A DNA stretch of 64,000 bases from Chloroflexota bacterium (lineage in GTDB: Bacteria; Chloroflexota; UBA11872; VXNJ01): the NCBI GenBank assembly GCA_965261345.1, contig OZ253449.1, positions 192,001 through 256,000 on the forward strand. Reading direction: 5' to 3'. A program made the position numbers and the translations under genes. Shown here in pieces: positions 63,000 through 64,000 of this stretch. The notes beneath the pieces are model-generated. The model was not told the DNA's origin, searched no databases, and saw nothing but the letters and a program-made list of their open reading frames with translations. Position 1 is the stretch's first letter. Each line of letters starts with the position of its first letter.

Positions 63000-64000
63000 C
63001 CCGCATTTTGCACCAGCCCAGCCGATCAACCCGATTTAGGGCCGATTGGACTTGATCGGGTCTGATATGCGGTCGGAGCCGTCCATTTCTGTCTATTTTG
63101 CGACCGTTACCGGCCCCAGACTCTCCCGCAACAGCACATCCAGCCCATTTGCGGCGCCAATTGCCTGCATTGGACCCAGCGCGGCCGGGACCCTGCCTTC
63201 ACGGCGTCTTTAAGAGCGCCGGGTACTACCCCGGCGCCAGCCGGTAATGGGGAATCTTTAACAGATTTGCCAGGGCCCTGGCAAATTCCTCCTGCCAGGG
63301 AAAGGCCGTAGGCAATGCGAGCCAGATGCGGCGGTGGGTTAGCTTGATGCGGGCGGCGATCTTGAGCAGACGCAGACGCAGGGTATCACAGCGCAGATTG
63401 GCATTGGCGGTTCCCTTTAGCCCCAGCCGCCTTAAGGCCGCAAGCAATACGTAGGCAAACCCCGAGAAATACAGCCGCAGCTGATTGGAGCGCATGGCCC
63501 TGGAGGAGGTGCGGTCGGCGAACAGCCCCAGTTGCATCTCTTTCACCCTGTTCTCCATCTCGCCACGGGCGCAATAGAGCTTCTCGTAAAGGCCCTGCTT
63601 GCCGATACGCGATGAGGGCAGGTTGGTTACCACGAACCTGGGATTGGGACCCTTGCGCAGGTGCTCGGCTTTGGCCACCACCCGCCGCCGCCTCGACCAT
63701 GACTTAAAGGTCCGGTAGTAGAACCCCCGAAAGCGCCGGGACGGGGAACCGGTGGCGGCAGAGCGCCGCCGCGACTTTGCCAGCGCCTTGCCCAGCTTCT
63801 GCTGCAGGCGGGGGTTGCGGGCCAGTCCGAAGACGTAGTAGAGACCCTCTTGCTCACACCAGGTCATGGTCGCATCGCGGGCAAAACCCGAGTCGGCGCG
63901 CAGGATGATCTCGGTAGCCGGCCAGGCCTTCCTGATCCGGGCGATGAGCGGGGAGAGTTCTTCCGCCATCCCCGCTCCGGGATCGCGGCTGGCGCCTTTT
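63000..64000 (-). mobile_element. IS1380-family element (runs off the window)
   Basis: Right end ...ggtgcaaaatgcggg followed by CTAG (62996-62999) on the minus strand. Confidence 0.75.
63226..64000 (-). CDS. IS1380-family transposase, C-terminal part
   Basis: LRADSGF, RRVVAKAE, NPRFVVTNL, YCARGEMENRVKE. Confidence 0.92.
   Translation of the reverse strand, partial: KGASRDPGAGMAEELSPLIARIRKAWPATEIILRADSGFARDATMTWCEQEGLYYVFGLARNPRLQQKLGKALAKSRRRSAATGSPSRRFRGFYYRTFKSWSRRRRVVAKAEHLRKGPNPRFVVTNLPSSRIGKQGLYEKLYCARGEMENRVKEMQLGLFADRTSSRAMRSNQLRLYFSGFAYVLLAALRRLGLKGTANANLRCDTLRLRLLKIAARIKLTHRRIWLALPTAFPWQEEFARALANLLKIPHYRLAPG

Overview
GC-rich bacterial chromosome segment. Gene content (DUF5671-type membrane protein, 'GYPVSRRF' surface-repeat protease, many sulfatases/SDRs/Gfo-Idh-MocA enzymes) suggests Chloroflexota, possibly host-associated; this is inference only. 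The window is dense in insertion sequences and decaying genes. It holds two IS256, four IS21-family elements plus one IS21 relic, one rve-type (ISNCY-like) element and one IS1380. There is a three-level nested insertion, with readable TSDs on its two IS21 elements, that splits a GHL10-like hydrolase, and an IS21 inside an IS256. Metabolic content includes a broken sterol/lipid-modification locus (GMC oxidoreductase, KshA/Neverland-like Rieske oxygenase, P450, MMPL) and an intact fucosidase-sulfatase-dehydrogenase-mutarotase-lactonase cluster. The best candidate for something undescribed is a 3000-bp IS21 present in two near-identical copies. It carries an atypical ~520-bp non-coding tail after istB that can fold into a three-way junction with an 8-bp pseudoknot, plus symmetric internal inverted motifs about 110 bp from each end. 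A similarly long, hairpin-rich tail sits in the first IS256. No rRNA, tRNA or CRISPR array was seen. Some single-base frameshifts may be sequencing errors.
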